Source: an uncultured Candidatus Saccharibacteria bacterium
GTDB taxonomy: Bacteria > Patescibacteriota > Saccharimonadia > CAILAD01 > BJGX01
Assembly (NCBI GenBank): GCA_964390265.1
Contig: CAYMHI010000004.1
Span: 922 to 64,921, forward strand
Length of the DNA: 64,000 nucleotides
Reading direction: 5' to 3'
In this document: positions 45,924 to 55,584 of the stretch, in pieces
Layout: every line of letters starts with the position of its first letter
Position numbering within the stretch: the stretch's first letter is position 1
Made by a program: the position numbers and the translations under genes
Notes under the pieces: model-generated
Database searches by the model: none
What the model was told of the DNA's origin: nothing
Seen by the model: only the letters and a program-made list of their open reading frames with translations

Positions 45924-47048
45924 TTAGAATTGTTTAACGCAACGAGCAATATTGTTTGCCGCACCTATGTGCTGTTGTCGTATCTTTTCGTACTTGGCTC
46001 CGCCAATCTGCACCACCCCATCTAAAATGTCAGTTACTGCTGTAGCCGCTAGTGAATTGGTAGACGCCCAAATACCAGCTTGATTCTCTACTACATAGAG
46101 CAGGTTGCCCTCTTCTTGACCAGGTAGAAAATCAAATAACACTATAGGTAAGCGACTTACTATTCCCTCTACAATTGTACCGGGTCCGGCCTTGGTAAGC
46201 AGAACGTCAGAAGCATGCATCATTTCAGCAATATCATCTCTAAACTTATAAATATGCACTTGCTTATTAAATTTGCGAGCTTGCAGAGTGCGATAAAGAC
46301 TGCTATTGCGTCCGGCAATAATAGCTAGGTGTACATCGGCATCAAGTTTGTCGAGCCTTCTAGATAAGCTATTAATCTTACCCATGCCATCGCCACCTGC
46401 CATTATAATTAGCGTGGGCTTGTCCTCAGGCCAACCTAACGATTTTTTGATGACTGCCTTACTCTTGGTGACTTTACTATATTTTTCATCTACAGGTTGC
46501 CCGATAATCTTTAGTCTTGACGACGCCACACCAAACCCTCTAGCTCGCAGATAGCTTTCTTGACTAGGCACAATTATTAAGTCGGCTCGCTTGTCAAACC
46601 ACATCGGATGACCAGTTACTAGATCTGTAACTACGGTAATAAATGGAATGGTGCGTTCGTAGTTTTTTAGTGTAGTAAGCAGTGGATTTGCCGCAAAATG
46701 ACAAGAGACAACAATATCGGGTGCAAAATGATCTAGTATTTGCTTAAACTCTTTACGGTACGGCCTACCCATAGCCTCCAGAGCAAATTGAGCCCGTTTA
46801 CTGCCCTCGGTAAGCTTAAAAATTGTGCCGTAGGCAGTTTTTAGCTTGGTAATACTTGAGTACATCTTGGGTATATCACGTACCGGATGCGGTGCGTTCT
46901 CCATAAAATCATGATGAATTACCTCGACAGTTTCGCCGTGTTTTCTCAGCTCAGCCATAATCGCATCAGCAGCGGCTCTATGGCCCCCACCTGTTTTTGC
47001 CGATAATACCAGTACACGCTTTTTATACTTTTTCATATCTTCAAACAT
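45924..47048 (-). CDS. MGDG synthase/UgtP-like GT28 glycosyltransferase
   Basis: TGGGHRAAA, TVVTDL, GGDGMG, TKAGPGTI, LPGQEEGN. Start 47048 or 47036; the track extension to 47300 overlaps galT. Confidence 0.88.
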   Translation of the reverse strand: MFEDMKKYKKRVLVLSAKTGGGHRAAADAIMAELRKHGETVEVIHHDFMENAPHPVRDIPKMYSSITKLKTAYGTIFKLTEGSKRAQFALEAMGRPYRKEFKQILDHFAPDIVVSCHFAANPLLTTLKNYERTIPFITVVTDLVTGHPMWFDKRADLIIVPSQESYLRARGFGVASSRLKIIGQPVDEKYSKVTKSKAVIKKSLGWPEDKPTLIIMAGGDGMGKINSLSRRLDKLDADVHLAIIAGRNSSLYRTLQARKFNKQVHIYKFRDDIAEMMHASDVLLTKAGPGTIVEGIVSRLPIVLFDFLPGQEEGNLLYVVENQAGIWASTNSLAATAVTDILDGVVQIGGAKYEKIRQQHIGAANNIARCVKQF

Positions 47049-47099
47049 TATCTCACTTTTTGCACCACATAAACAATACTGGTACCATAAGAGGTATCT

Positions 47100-48110
47100 A
47101 TGTCTAACCCCCGCCCCAACAAACATAATACAATAAACCAAGAGCCTAGCCACTCTAACATCACTCCGGCGCACCGCGGCATCAAACTCAATGTAAAAGG
47201 CATTGATACCGAGATGCGACGCGACTACTTGCATGACACTATGGTGATTATTGCCCCCAATCGTGGTAACCGTCCTTACGACACCAAAGACAGCGGCCAC
47301 AACCTTATAGAGACAGCCTCCAGCCCGCGACTCGACCGCAACCTCAAGGTTTGTGAGCTAAAAAACAAACATGGTGGCTGGCTGGTAAAAGTGGTTGAAA
47401 ACAAATACCCAAGCCTCACGCCCAACAACCCGCAAGCCTATGGCAAGCAAGAAATCGTGATAGACACCCCACTTGCCAATACACCCTTTGCCCGCCTCAG
47501 TGAAGAGCAAATAATTAATATTTTTGAAGTTTATAGAGCTCGCAGTAGAGACCTACTTAAGCAAAACGGTATAGAATACGTGCTGGTTTTTAGAAATGAC
47601 GGCTACAATGCTGGTGCTAGCTTAGCTCACGCTCATAGCCAAATTTTTGCTTTACCTACCGTACCACAAAAATTCGCTCGCGAGGCCGAGCTAGTAGAGG
47701 CCTATCAAAAAGAGAATAAACGCAATCCCTTTGATGATATTATTACCTTCGAGAAGAGTGCCAAAGTGCGGGTAATTGCCGAAGATGAAAACTGGCTGGT
47801 ATTCTGCCCCTACGCCAGTCAGTGGCCCTTTGAATTTTGGTTTTTACCCAAACGACAGTTTTCGCTTTCGTTAGATATGCGCCAAAACGAGCTTCGATCG
47901 CTCGCCCATTACCTCAAGAAATACCTCAAAAAACTCAACTTACACAAGATAAACTTCAACATGTATCTAGAAAATGGTGTCAGTAAAAATCACCGCTTTT
48001 GTCTGAAAGTTTGCGGCAGATCCAACACCTGGGGTGGTTTTGAGGTAGCTACGGGTATTGTCATAAATACCGTCCCGCCAGAGTCAGCTGCCGAGTGGTT
48101 CAGAAAATAG
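47100..48110 (+). CDS. galT: Galactose-1-phosphate uridylyltransferase-like (GalT/HIT superfamily)
   Basis: VIIAPNRGNRP, VVENKYP, GASLAHAHSQI (HxHxQ). Confidence 0.8.
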   Translation: MSNPRPNKHNTINQEPSHSNITPAHRGIKLNVKGIDTEMRRDYLHDTMVIIAPNRGNRPYDTKDSGHNLIETASSPRLDRNLKVCELKNKHGGWLVKVVENKYPSLTPNNPQAYGKQEIVIDTPLANTPFARLSEEQIINIFEVYRARSRDLLKQNGIEYVLVFRNDGYNAGASLAHAHSQIFALPTVPQKFAREAELVEAYQKENKRNPFDDIITFEKSAKVRVIAEDENWLVFCPYASQWPFEFWFLPKRQFSLSLDMRQNELRSLAHYLKKYLKKLNLHKINFNMYLENGVSKNHRFCLKVCGRSNTWGGFEVATGIVINTVPPESAAEWFRK

Positions 48111-48270
48111 TCAATCCAAATTGGATCTTTAAGCAATCATCGAATAGTCTAAAATGCTTTTTATGCTGTATTTTAATGTTAAAAATATAACATTGCACTT
48201 CTGCTTGTTTTTCGTTTTACTTTCGTTTATTATGATTAAAAAGAGTTAATAAATATTTTAAGGGGGTAAT

Positions 48271-49782
48271 ATGTTAGCATCAGTACAAGCAGTAAGTCAT
48301 ATTGGGTTAGATGGTCAAATGGTTGAGGTAGAATCTGATATGCACAATGGCTTACCAGCATTTATAATTGTTGGACTGGCCAACAAAGCCGTGGATGAGG
48401 CCAAAGAACGAGTCAGAGCGGCCTTAAAAAATTCCAAACTCCACCTTCCTCCTAAACGCATTACCCTCAATCTTGCGCCAGCCGATCTGCCCAAAAACGG
48501 CTCAGGCTTTGACCTGGCTATGGCGGCAAGCTTATTGGCTGCAAGCAGTCAGATCGAGCCCATTGACAAAGATAGTGTATTTTTTGGTGAGCTAGCTTTG
48601 GATGGCACCACACGAGCCGTTGCCGGATCATTAGCAACCGCCCAAGTTGCAGCCTCAAATGGTATCAAAAAGCTCTTTATTTCGGCTGAGGTGGCGCCTC
48701 AAGCCGCGATGATTAAGAGCTTAGCTGTATACCCCGTACACAATCTTTTTGAGCTATACCGACATTTGTTGGGTGAAAAACTAATTACCCCGTACAGACA
48801 CGCTAAACTCTCAAGTTTGCCTCATAGTGCAGAGGTAGATTTTGCCGAGATATATGGTCAACACCACGCCAAGCGAGCTCTCGAGATAGCTGCTGCAGGT
48901 AATCACAATGTAATCATGTCGGGGCCTCCAGGTGCGGGCAAAACTCTGCTCGCCAAAGCTCTTATAGGCTTGTTGCCACAGCCTAGTTACAACGAAATAC
49001 TCGAGATAACCAGAATCCACAGCCTAGCTGGCACTACTCAAGAAACTGTCGCAAGCACCCGTCCATTTAGAAGCCCTCACCATACGGCTAGCAACATTGC
49101 GCTAATTGGTGGTGGCCAGTGGCCCAAACCCGGCGAAATTAGCTTGGCCCATAGAGGTGTTTTGTTTCTAGATGAACTCCCTGAATTTCCTAGGAATGTT
49201 TTAGAGGTGCTACGACAACCACTCGAGGATGGTACCGTCACAGTTAGCCGAGCAACTGCATCATACCAGTTCCCGGCCAAGTTTTTGTTTGTAGCCGCCC
49301 AAAATCCTTGCCCCTGCGGTTTTGCCGGCGATAATACTCAAATCTGCAGCTGCTCGCCCGCCCAACTCAACAGATATAAAACTCGAGTTTCGGGCCCACT
49401 ATTAGACCGAATAGACCTTCACTTGCAAGTTGACAAAATAGACATCAATCATTTGCTACACAGTAGTTCTAGCGAAACGTCGTCGACCGTAAGAACGAGA
49501 GTGGCTAAGGCTCGCGATGTTCAAACTAAGCGTTTTGTTAATTCGCTAACGAGCACCAACAACGAGATGAACAATACCGAGATACGTGAGTTTTGCTACT
49601 TAAATCCAGAGGTGGATAGCTTGGCACAAAGTGCGTTAACCAATATGAACCTAAGTGCCCGCTCATATATGCGAATCTTAAAAGTTGCAAGAACCATAGC
49701 TGATCTAGCCACTAGCAAAAACATTCAAACTGAACATTTTACCGAAGCCCTTCAATACCGAGCCGTTAGAGCAATATTGTAG
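48271..49782 (+). CDS. comM: YifB/ComM Mg-chelatase-like AAA+ ATPase
   Basis: NLAPADLPK, GPPGAGKT, RPFRSPHH, PGEISLAHRGVLFLDE, NPCPCG, ARTIADL. Confidence 0.93.
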   Translation: MLASVQAVSHIGLDGQMVEVESDMHNGLPAFIIVGLANKAVDEAKERVRAALKNSKLHLPPKRITLNLAPADLPKNGSGFDLAMAASLLAASSQIEPIDKDSVFFGELALDGTTRAVAGSLATAQVAASNGIKKLFISAEVAPQAAMIKSLAVYPVHNLFELYRHLLGEKLITPYRHAKLSSLPHSAEVDFAEIYGQHHAKRALEIAAAGNHNVIMSGPPGAGKTLLAKALIGLLPQPSYNEILEITRIHSLAGTTQETVASTRPFRSPHHTASNIALIGGGQWPKPGEISLAHRGVLFLDELPEFPRNVLEVLRQPLEDGTVTVSRATASYQFPAKFLFVAAQNPCPCGFAGDNTQICSCSPAQLNRYKTRVSGPLLDRIDLHLQVDKIDINHLLHSSSSETSSTVRTRVAKARDVQTKRFVNSLTSTNNEMNNTEIREFCYLNPEVDSLAQSALTNMNLSARSYMRILKVARTIADLATSKNIQTEHFTEALQYRAVRAIL

Positions 49783-49795
49783 CAAAAAGTACAAC

Positions 49796-50122
49796 TTAAA
49801 ACTTAATAATTGAGTACACCTGGGTTCCAACAAAGGTTTTTTCGAGCAAAAAGTATAGAAACACAAAGACTATCAATATAGCCCCTACTAGTATTAGCGA
49901 TCTTCGTACATCATGCCGTACATACATGAGCTCATCACTTTGTTTTGCATCTACACTGACTTCAGTTTGAGTTGGTTCGTTAGACGACTTAGCAATGTTA
50001 TCCTTGGTCTTAACTTTGGGTAAAGACTCAGGTTGAGATTTAGCATTACTTGAATTAGCTAGGTTATTTTTCTTAGCCAGTTTTTGTTTGCGGGTCTTTC
50101 GATGTTTTTTCTTTTTAGCCAT
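49796..50122 (-). CDS. Lys-rich single-TM hypothetical protein
   Basis: Basic N-terminus, C-terminal TM, SD AGGGGAG. Confidence 0.6.
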   Translation of the reverse strand: MAKKKKHRKTRKQKLAKKNNLANSSNAKSQPESLPKVKTKDNIAKSSNEPTQTEVSVDAKQSDELMYVRHDVRRSLILVGAILIVFVFLYFLLEKTFVGTQVYSIIKF

Positions 50123-50212
50123 TTAGTCTCCCCTTTATCAATCTATTTTAACAGCAATTACCATGTATTTGCCAATTTGTTCTAACCAAAGCTATAATAG
50201 GTATAAATTGCT

Positions 50213-50686
50213 ATGATTGTGCTTATTATTTTACTTGTTTTATGTTTAATTGCCCTTGCCTATTCGCAATGGCGATTTTTAGAGCTCCAAAAAAAATATG
50301 GTCAGTTTTTAAAGGGCGCTGAGGCCAAGCAAATAGAAGTGTTGGTAAAAAAATACTCTAAAGACGTCGAGGAGTCGCTACGCAAACTAGATGAAATGGC
50401 TCAATTCAGCGCTAATATGCACAAACAGCTACAGTTTGCCGTGTCTAAGCAAGCTCTAATTAGGTTTAATCCATTTGGAGACACCGGCGGTGATCAGAGC
50501 TTTGTACTGGCGCTACTCGACAACCATAATAATGGTGTAATTATCTCTAGTGTACATGCTCGTACCGGAACAAGGGTTTATGCCAAAGAAATTGCTAATG
50601 GCTTGAGTAAATATAATCTTTCAGATGAAGAGACTATTGCCTTACAAAAAGCCCTCAATAGCAAAAAGAAGCAAGAAAGAGACTAG
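50213..50686 (+). CDS. DUF4446 family protein
   Basis: RFNPFGDTGGDQSFVLALLD...RVYAK...LSDEE. Confidence 0.85.
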   Translation: MIVLIILLVLCLIALAYSQWRFLELQKKYGQFLKGAEAKQIEVLVKKYSKDVEESLRKLDEMAQFSANMHKQLQFAVSKQALIRFNPFGDTGGDQSFVLALLDNHNNGVIISSVHARTGTRVYAKEIANGLSKYNLSDEETIALQKALNSKKKQERD

Positions 50687-50687
50687 C

Positions 50688-51062
50688 GTGATTTCGTTAT
50701 TTAATAAATTCAACCAAAAACCTAAAGAGTTACCATTTAATAGTTTTGCCGAATATTATATAGGTGCAGATGTTGAAGCAAAAGGTATTTGCCAGACAGA
50801 TCAAGATATCTTCATAGACGGTCGATTTAACGGTAAGATAACCACTAGTGGCCTGGTAGAGCTAGCTAAAAACTCGATGGTTAATGCCGACATTTCGGCC
50901 AGAACGGCGATTTTTGAAGGTCATTTTAGCGGCGAAGCAGTCGTTAGTGATGAGTTACGCCTCACTAGTTGCGCTGCTGTAAAGGGTAAGGTAGATACTA
51001 TGAATTTAATTGTCGATAAGGGCGCTGTACTAATAGCTGATGTAAAAATGGGGCGTAATTAG
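50688..51062 (+). CDS. Bactofilin (polymer-forming cytoskeletal protein)
   Basis: Beta-helix pattern IDGRFNGKI...VNADI...VKGKV...LIVDKGA; GTG start at 50688. Confidence 0.85.
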   Translation: MISLFNKFNQKPKELPFNSFAEYYIGADVEAKGICQTDQDIFIDGRFNGKITTSGLVELAKNSMVNADISARTAIFEGHFSGEAVVSDELRLTSCAAVKGKVDTMNLIVDKGAVLIADVKMGRN

Positions 51063-51063
51063 T

Positions 51064-51870
51064 ATGTACGCTTTCTTTTTTGATAAAAGCGCCCAAGATT
51101 CTCAAGCACTACTTGGCTTTGTATCGGACTGGAAACAAGCCAAAAACATTGTTGGCGAAGACTATACTATTAATCATGTAGATGATATTACAACAATATG
51201 TGAAAAAAATGGCCATAAATACTCTTCAATTATTGCTGTTGGTACCGAGAAGACTTTTGATTACCTAGTAGGTCTGGCTAGCAACTTCAATGACGATGCG
51301 GTTATGGCCTATATTCCTACAGTTGCCGATATGCTAGCTAAACGTATTGGGGCAAAAGACTATAAAGAGGCTTGTGAGGTGATATCGCAAAGGAAAATAG
51401 TTGAGTTAACAGCTTTATCGTTTAATCAAAATTATTTTTTATTTAGCCTCAACGTAGTGGTTAAGCAAACTGATAACAGAGATAAAATATTTATCTCGCT
51501 AGACAAATCTATGCAACTAAGCCTGGTAGCTGATAAAATAATTATTCATAATCGTCATCAAGAACTTCTGCCTCATAATACTGGATTATTGCTTGAGGCA
51601 TTCTCTACCCCAAAACAACAAGATGAAAAAAGAAACTTACTGCAAATTGCCACTACCAAATTAACCCAAAACAAGCAAAATGAGATGAATTTACAGCTGC
51701 GCATACCGGCCAACTCGCTGATTGTCGAGACCAAAGCTCGGCTTTTTGACACTTACTCTCACCCTATTAAGCTGCCTTTAAAAATTGGTTTACACAAAAA
51801 GCCTATAAGGTTAATAGTTAAAAAAGGCCAAGAACTTCAAGCAATCATGGCGCCAGGGTTGATTTCTTAA
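51064..51870 (+). CDS. Degenerate diacylglycerol/NAD-kinase-like fold protein
   Basis: IIAVGTEKTF resembles the GGDGT region; MAYIP; catalytic motif not conserved. Confidence 0.45.
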   Translation: MYAFFFDKSAQDSQALLGFVSDWKQAKNIVGEDYTINHVDDITTICEKNGHKYSSIIAVGTEKTFDYLVGLASNFNDDAVMAYIPTVADMLAKRIGAKDYKEACEVISQRKIVELTALSFNQNYFLFSLNVVVKQTDNRDKIFISLDKSMQLSLVADKIIIHNRHQELLPHNTGLLLEAFSTPKQQDEKRNLLQIATTKLTQNKQNEMNLQLRIPANSLIVETKARLFDTYSHPIKLPLKIGLHKKPIRLIVKKGQELQAIMAPGLIS

Positions 51871-51911
51871 ATTAATCATGCTACTATTGTCTGGAGCTAT
51901 AAGGAGATAAC

Positions 51912-52481
51912 ATAAAAAAACCGCGCCTTCGTCTAAATCATGAAATTAGAGCCTCTCAAGTAAGGTTACTTGGAGAGGATGGTGCACAGCTGGGCGTAGT
52001 AGGTCTTACAGAAGCCCTAAGAATCGCCCAAGAACAAGGTTACGATCTTGCCGAAGTGTCTCCAGCAGCCAATCCGCCGGTATGTAAACTGCTCGATTGG
52101 GGCAAATACCAATACGAACAAGAGAAACAGCGCCAAAAAAGCCGTAAAAAGCAAAAAAGCGTTGAGGTTAAGCAGATTAGAATGGGCCTCAAAATTGGCA
52201 CACACGACATTGAGGTCAAGCAAAGAGCGGCTCGCAAATTTCTAGAGTCTGGCAATAAGGTCAAAATTACAGCCCGGTTCAAAGGTCGCGAGATGGCTCA
52301 TCAAGAACTCGGTAATGTTGTGCTCGAAAAATTCTTTGCTGGACTATCTGATATTGCTAGCCAAGAGGCCAAGCCAACTATGACCGGTCGTGATATGTCG
52401 ATTATTGTTCATCTCAAAAAGGACCTCTCAAGCAGTGCCACAGAATTAGATAAAAGTACAAAACCAGAAAAAATTAATTAA
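51912..52481 (+). CDS. infC: Translation initiation factor IF-3
   Basis: LNHEIR, PPVCKLLDWGKY, FKGRE. In-frame ATA start at 51912 behind SD AAGGAG. Confidence 0.95.
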   Translation: MKKPRLRLNHEIRASQVRLLGEDGAQLGVVGLTEALRIAQEQGYDLAEVSPAANPPVCKLLDWGKYQYEQEKQRQKSRKKQKSVEVKQIRMGLKIGTHDIEVKQRAARKFLESGNKVKITARFKGREMAHQELGNVVLEKFFAGLSDIASQEAKPTMTGRDMSIIVHLKKDLSSSATELDKSTKPEKIN

Positions 52482-52491
52482 TTAAAATACT

Positions 52492-52689
52492 ATGCCAAAG
52501 CAAAAAACCAATAAGAGTATGTCTAAACGAATTAAAATTACCGGTACCGGTAAGGTTTTACGTAGACGTGCTACTAGAGCCCACAAACTAACTATTAAGT
52601 CAGGCTCTCGAAAACGTGCCTACACCCTAGAACATGGTATGGCTAAAGGCGATAGCAAGAATGCCAAGAAAATGGTAGGAGTCAAATAA
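52492..52689 (+). CDS. rpmI: 50S ribosomal protein L35
   Basis: MPKQKTNKS...KRIKITGTGK; infC-rpmI-rplT order. Confidence 0.95.
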   Translation: MPKQKTNKSMSKRIKITGTGKVLRRRATRAHKLTIKSGSRKRAYTLEHGMAKGDSKNAKKMVGVK

Positions 52690-53030
52690 TGAGAGTAAAA
52701 CGCGGTGTAACCACCCACAAACGCCATAAAAAAATTATTAAGCTTGCCAAGGGCTACAGCAAAACTCGCCGAGCCAGCTACAGAAAAGCTCACGAAGCTG
52801 TACTCAAGGCCTTAAGCTATCAGTACCGCGACCGTCGCAACCTCAAGCGTGACATGCGTTCGCTTTGGATATCAAGAATTGGTGCTGCCTCAAAACAAAA
52901 CGGCATGAGCTACTCTACATTTACCTATGGCCTTAAAGTGGCAGAAATCAAGATAGACCGCAAAATTCTTGCCGAGCTTGCAGTCAATCAACCCAAAGCC
53001 TTTGAAGCAATTGTTAAAGCAACCAAGTAA
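52689..53030 (+). CDS. rplT: 50S ribosomal protein L20
   Basis: RVKRG, YRDRR, LWISRI, IDRKILAELA. Confidence 0.97.
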   Translation: MRVKRGVTTHKRHKKIIKLAKGYSKTRRASYRKAHEAVLKALSYQYRDRRNLKRDMRSLWISRIGAASKQNGMSYSTFTYGLKVAEIKIDRKILAELAVNQPKAFEAIVKATK

Positions 53031-53102
53031 GTTTCCCTTTGTCACTCCTACATTTTATAAACTAGAGAAGAATATATATAAAAAGACCAGTTTGGGTCTT
53101 TT

Positions 53103-53630
53103 TTATTTTTCTGGTGTTAGCGAACCAAGTATTTCGCGACCATGATCATCAGAGGTTTGAATGGCATCAAAAGTCGCTTGGTCGACAAAATATACATCTA
53201 CACCATTTTCTAACATGGCTTGCAAACCCGACTCAAAAAAATCCTTCTTTACTGGCTTGACCGACACAGCACTAGTCCATTCTAATTCTGCCATATTTCT
53301 ATCTGGGTGAAATATAAAAGAATCTACAGGTAAGCTATATATTACACCACCCCGGTCGGCTCTCATGAATCGCTCTTTATCACTAACTATCATATGCCAT
53401 CTACCGATTACACCTTTTTCAGAGTAACGACCTATATTTACCCAGCTACCATCGGTTTTTACCAAAAAACAACTGGCGTAGGTTTTATCGGGGGTGGCAA
53501 ATACTACTGGTCCCTCTTGTGGGTCACGATAATTCTCTGCCCTCGGCTCAAACTCTTCAACATCTCGAATAGGCGAGGCATGATATAGCATTTCTGGCTT
53601 TTTGACTTCAGCTGATATTTCCTGTGCCAT
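53103..53630 (-). CDS. Hypothetical protein
   Basis: 175 aa ORF with LYHAS...VVFATP; starts 8 bp after the permease stop. Confidence 0.65.
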   Translation of the reverse strand: MAQEISAEVKKPEMLYHASPIRDVEEFEPRAENYRDPQEGPVVFATPDKTYASCFLVKTDGSWVNIGRYSEKGVIGRWHMIVSDKERFMRADRGGVIYSLPVDSFIFHPDRNMAELEWTSAVSVKPVKKDFFESGLQAMLENGVDVYFVDQATFDAIQTSDDHGREILGSLTPEK

Positions 53631-53638
53631 AGTAAATT

Positions 53639-54886
53639 CTACAAAGTCTTTAAGGCCTGTATAGGACGCTTTTTAGCGGCCTTAATGGCTGGCGCGACTC
53701 CAAACACAACTCCAACTGTTAAAGACACTCCCAGGGCAAGCACAAGCGCCTTAACACTAAATACAGGCGTAATACCGGCAAACCTTTTTACGATTAATCC
53801 AGCAAGGTAGCTTAATAGTAGACCAAGTAGCCCACCCATAATAGAAAGTATAATAGCTTCTATCAAAAACTGGCTTAGGATATTACCGCTAGTAGCCCCT
53901 ATCGCTTTTCTTATACCTATCTCGCGAGTACGCTCTGTCACCGAGACCAGCATAATATTCATTATGCCAATGCCACCTACTAACAAACTAATAGCAGCAA
54001 TAGCCACGACGAATGTAGTTAGCAAATCTAGTATAGTATTGAAGGTTGAGAGCAAGTCTTCTTGAGTAAGTACACTAAAGTCTTCTTGGCCACCATGATT
54101 TTGCTTAATTGCCTGCTTAACTGCTGCTTGGGTGCTAGCAATATTCTCTGAGTAATTTACCTGGGTAATAATACGAAATATTTGGTTAGATCCAGTAAAC
54201 GCACTAGCGGTATTGGCTGGAATATAAACAATATCATCCGAGCTTGCTCCCAAACCAGACCCTGAGTCTGATTTTTTTACAACACCAACTATCTTGAACT
54301 GTTGCCCACGTATACCAATTGATTTACCTACTGCTTCACCTTCGCCAAAAAGGTTTTGCTTGGTGTCAGCACCTATTACGGCAACCTTTGCTTTGGTCTC
54401 GTCTTCGGAGGTAGTAAAGAACTTACCACTCTCATACTGCAACTTCCTTATATCATTAAAACTTGAGGTGGTACCAACAATAAATGGCGAGCTAGTAGAA
54501 AGCGACTCAAAAGTTACAACAGACGAGACGATATTGTATGGCGCAGTATTGATAATATTATTGGTTTGTTCAATACTTTTTACATCTTGGGCCGTTAGAG
54601 TTGAGCTACCAATACTACTTGCGATATTAAAACTCCCACTACTTTTTTGTTGCTGGCCATTTTTGGCAGTTGAGGCACTACCACCAATTTGTCCAGATGA
54701 AACAGTTAGCAAGTTTGCCCCAAGCCCCGACACTTCTCCACTCACCTGAGCCTTCACGCCATCACCAATACCAATCATTACAAGTACAGCAAACACCCCA
54801 ATTATAATACCCAGCATAGTCAAAAACGATCGCATCTTGGCAGATTTAATACTTATTAGTGCCATCTTGATGTTTTGAAAAATCAT
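53639..54886 (-). CDS. MacB/FtsX-family ABC transporter permease
   Basis: RSFLTMLGIIIG, GGIGIMNIMLVSVTERTREIGIRKAIGA. Confidence 0.93.
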   Translation of the reverse strand: MIFQNIKMALISIKSAKMRSFLTMLGIIIGVFAVLVMIGIGDGVKAQVSGEVSGLGANLLTVSSGQIGGSASTAKNGQQQKSSGSFNIASSIGSSTLTAQDVKSIEQTNNIINTAPYNIVSSVVTFESLSTSSPFIVGTTSSFNDIRKLQYESGKFFTTSEDETKAKVAVIGADTKQNLFGEGEAVGKSIGIRGQQFKIVGVVKKSDSGSGLGASSDDIVYIPANTASAFTGSNQIFRIITQVNYSENIASTQAAVKQAIKQNHGGQEDFSVLTQEDLLSTFNTILDLLTTFVVAIAAISLLVGGIGIMNIMLVSVTERTREIGIRKAIGATSGNILSQFLIEAIILSIMGGLLGLLLSYLAGLIVKRFAGITPVFSVKALVLALGVSLTVGVVFGVAPAIKAAKKRPIQALKTL

Positions 54887-55584
54887 CGTACCACCTTCTT
54901 ATGATGCAACTCTCCATCACGCACCCAAACTACTTTATTAGCGTACCGGCCCACCTCAGAATTGTGGGTGACTACCACTATAGTTACTCCCTGCTTATTG
55001 AGCTCTTTTAGTAAATTCATTATTTCACTACCCGTTTTAGTATCTAGATTACCCGTCGGTTCATCGGCCAATATTAAGCTTGGGTCGTTGGTGAGTGCTC
55101 TAGCAATTGCAACACGTTGTACTTGCCCACCACTCATTCTGTTTGAGCGGCTTTTTGCTTTATCTTCTAACCCTACCATTTTGAGTACTTCGGCAACTTT
55201 TTGCCTGCGGTCATGTTTACTTCTTTTGGCGTAAACCATAGGTAATTCAACATTTTGAGCAACGTTTAGTCTGGGTAACAAATTAAAGCTCTGAAACACA
55301 AAACCTATTTTATCTCTCCTTAACTTTGCAAGCTTTTTTTCCGAAAGCGTGGTTGTATCTACATCGTCTAGCAAGTATTCTCCCGAGGTGGGCTGATCTA
55401 ACAAGCCAATAATATTCATAAGGGTTGATTTGCCTGACCCCGATGGCCCCATTATTGCCACAAAGTCACCCTGTTCAATGCTAAGGTCTACACCTTTCAG
55501 TGCATCGAGTACGCCAGCATCATCATCATAACGCTTGCCCATTTTCTTCATTTTTATTACATTTTTTGATTTAAGGTTTTTCAT
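54883..55584 (-). CDS. ABC transporter ATP-binding protein (LolD/MacB type)
   Basis: [24 protein letters not shown]. Confidence 0.95.
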   Translation of the reverse strand: MKNLKSKNVIKMKKMGKRYDDDAGVLDALKGVDLSIEQGDFVAIMGPSGSGKSTLMNIIGLLDQPTSGEYLLDDVDTTTLSEKKLAKLRRDKIGFVFQSFNLLPRLNVAQNVELPMVYAKRSKHDRRQKVAEVLKMVGLEDKAKSRSNRMSGGQVQRVAIARALTNDPSLILADEPTGNLDTKTGSEIMNLLKELNKQGVTIVVVTHNSEVGRYANKVVWVRDGELHHKKVVR

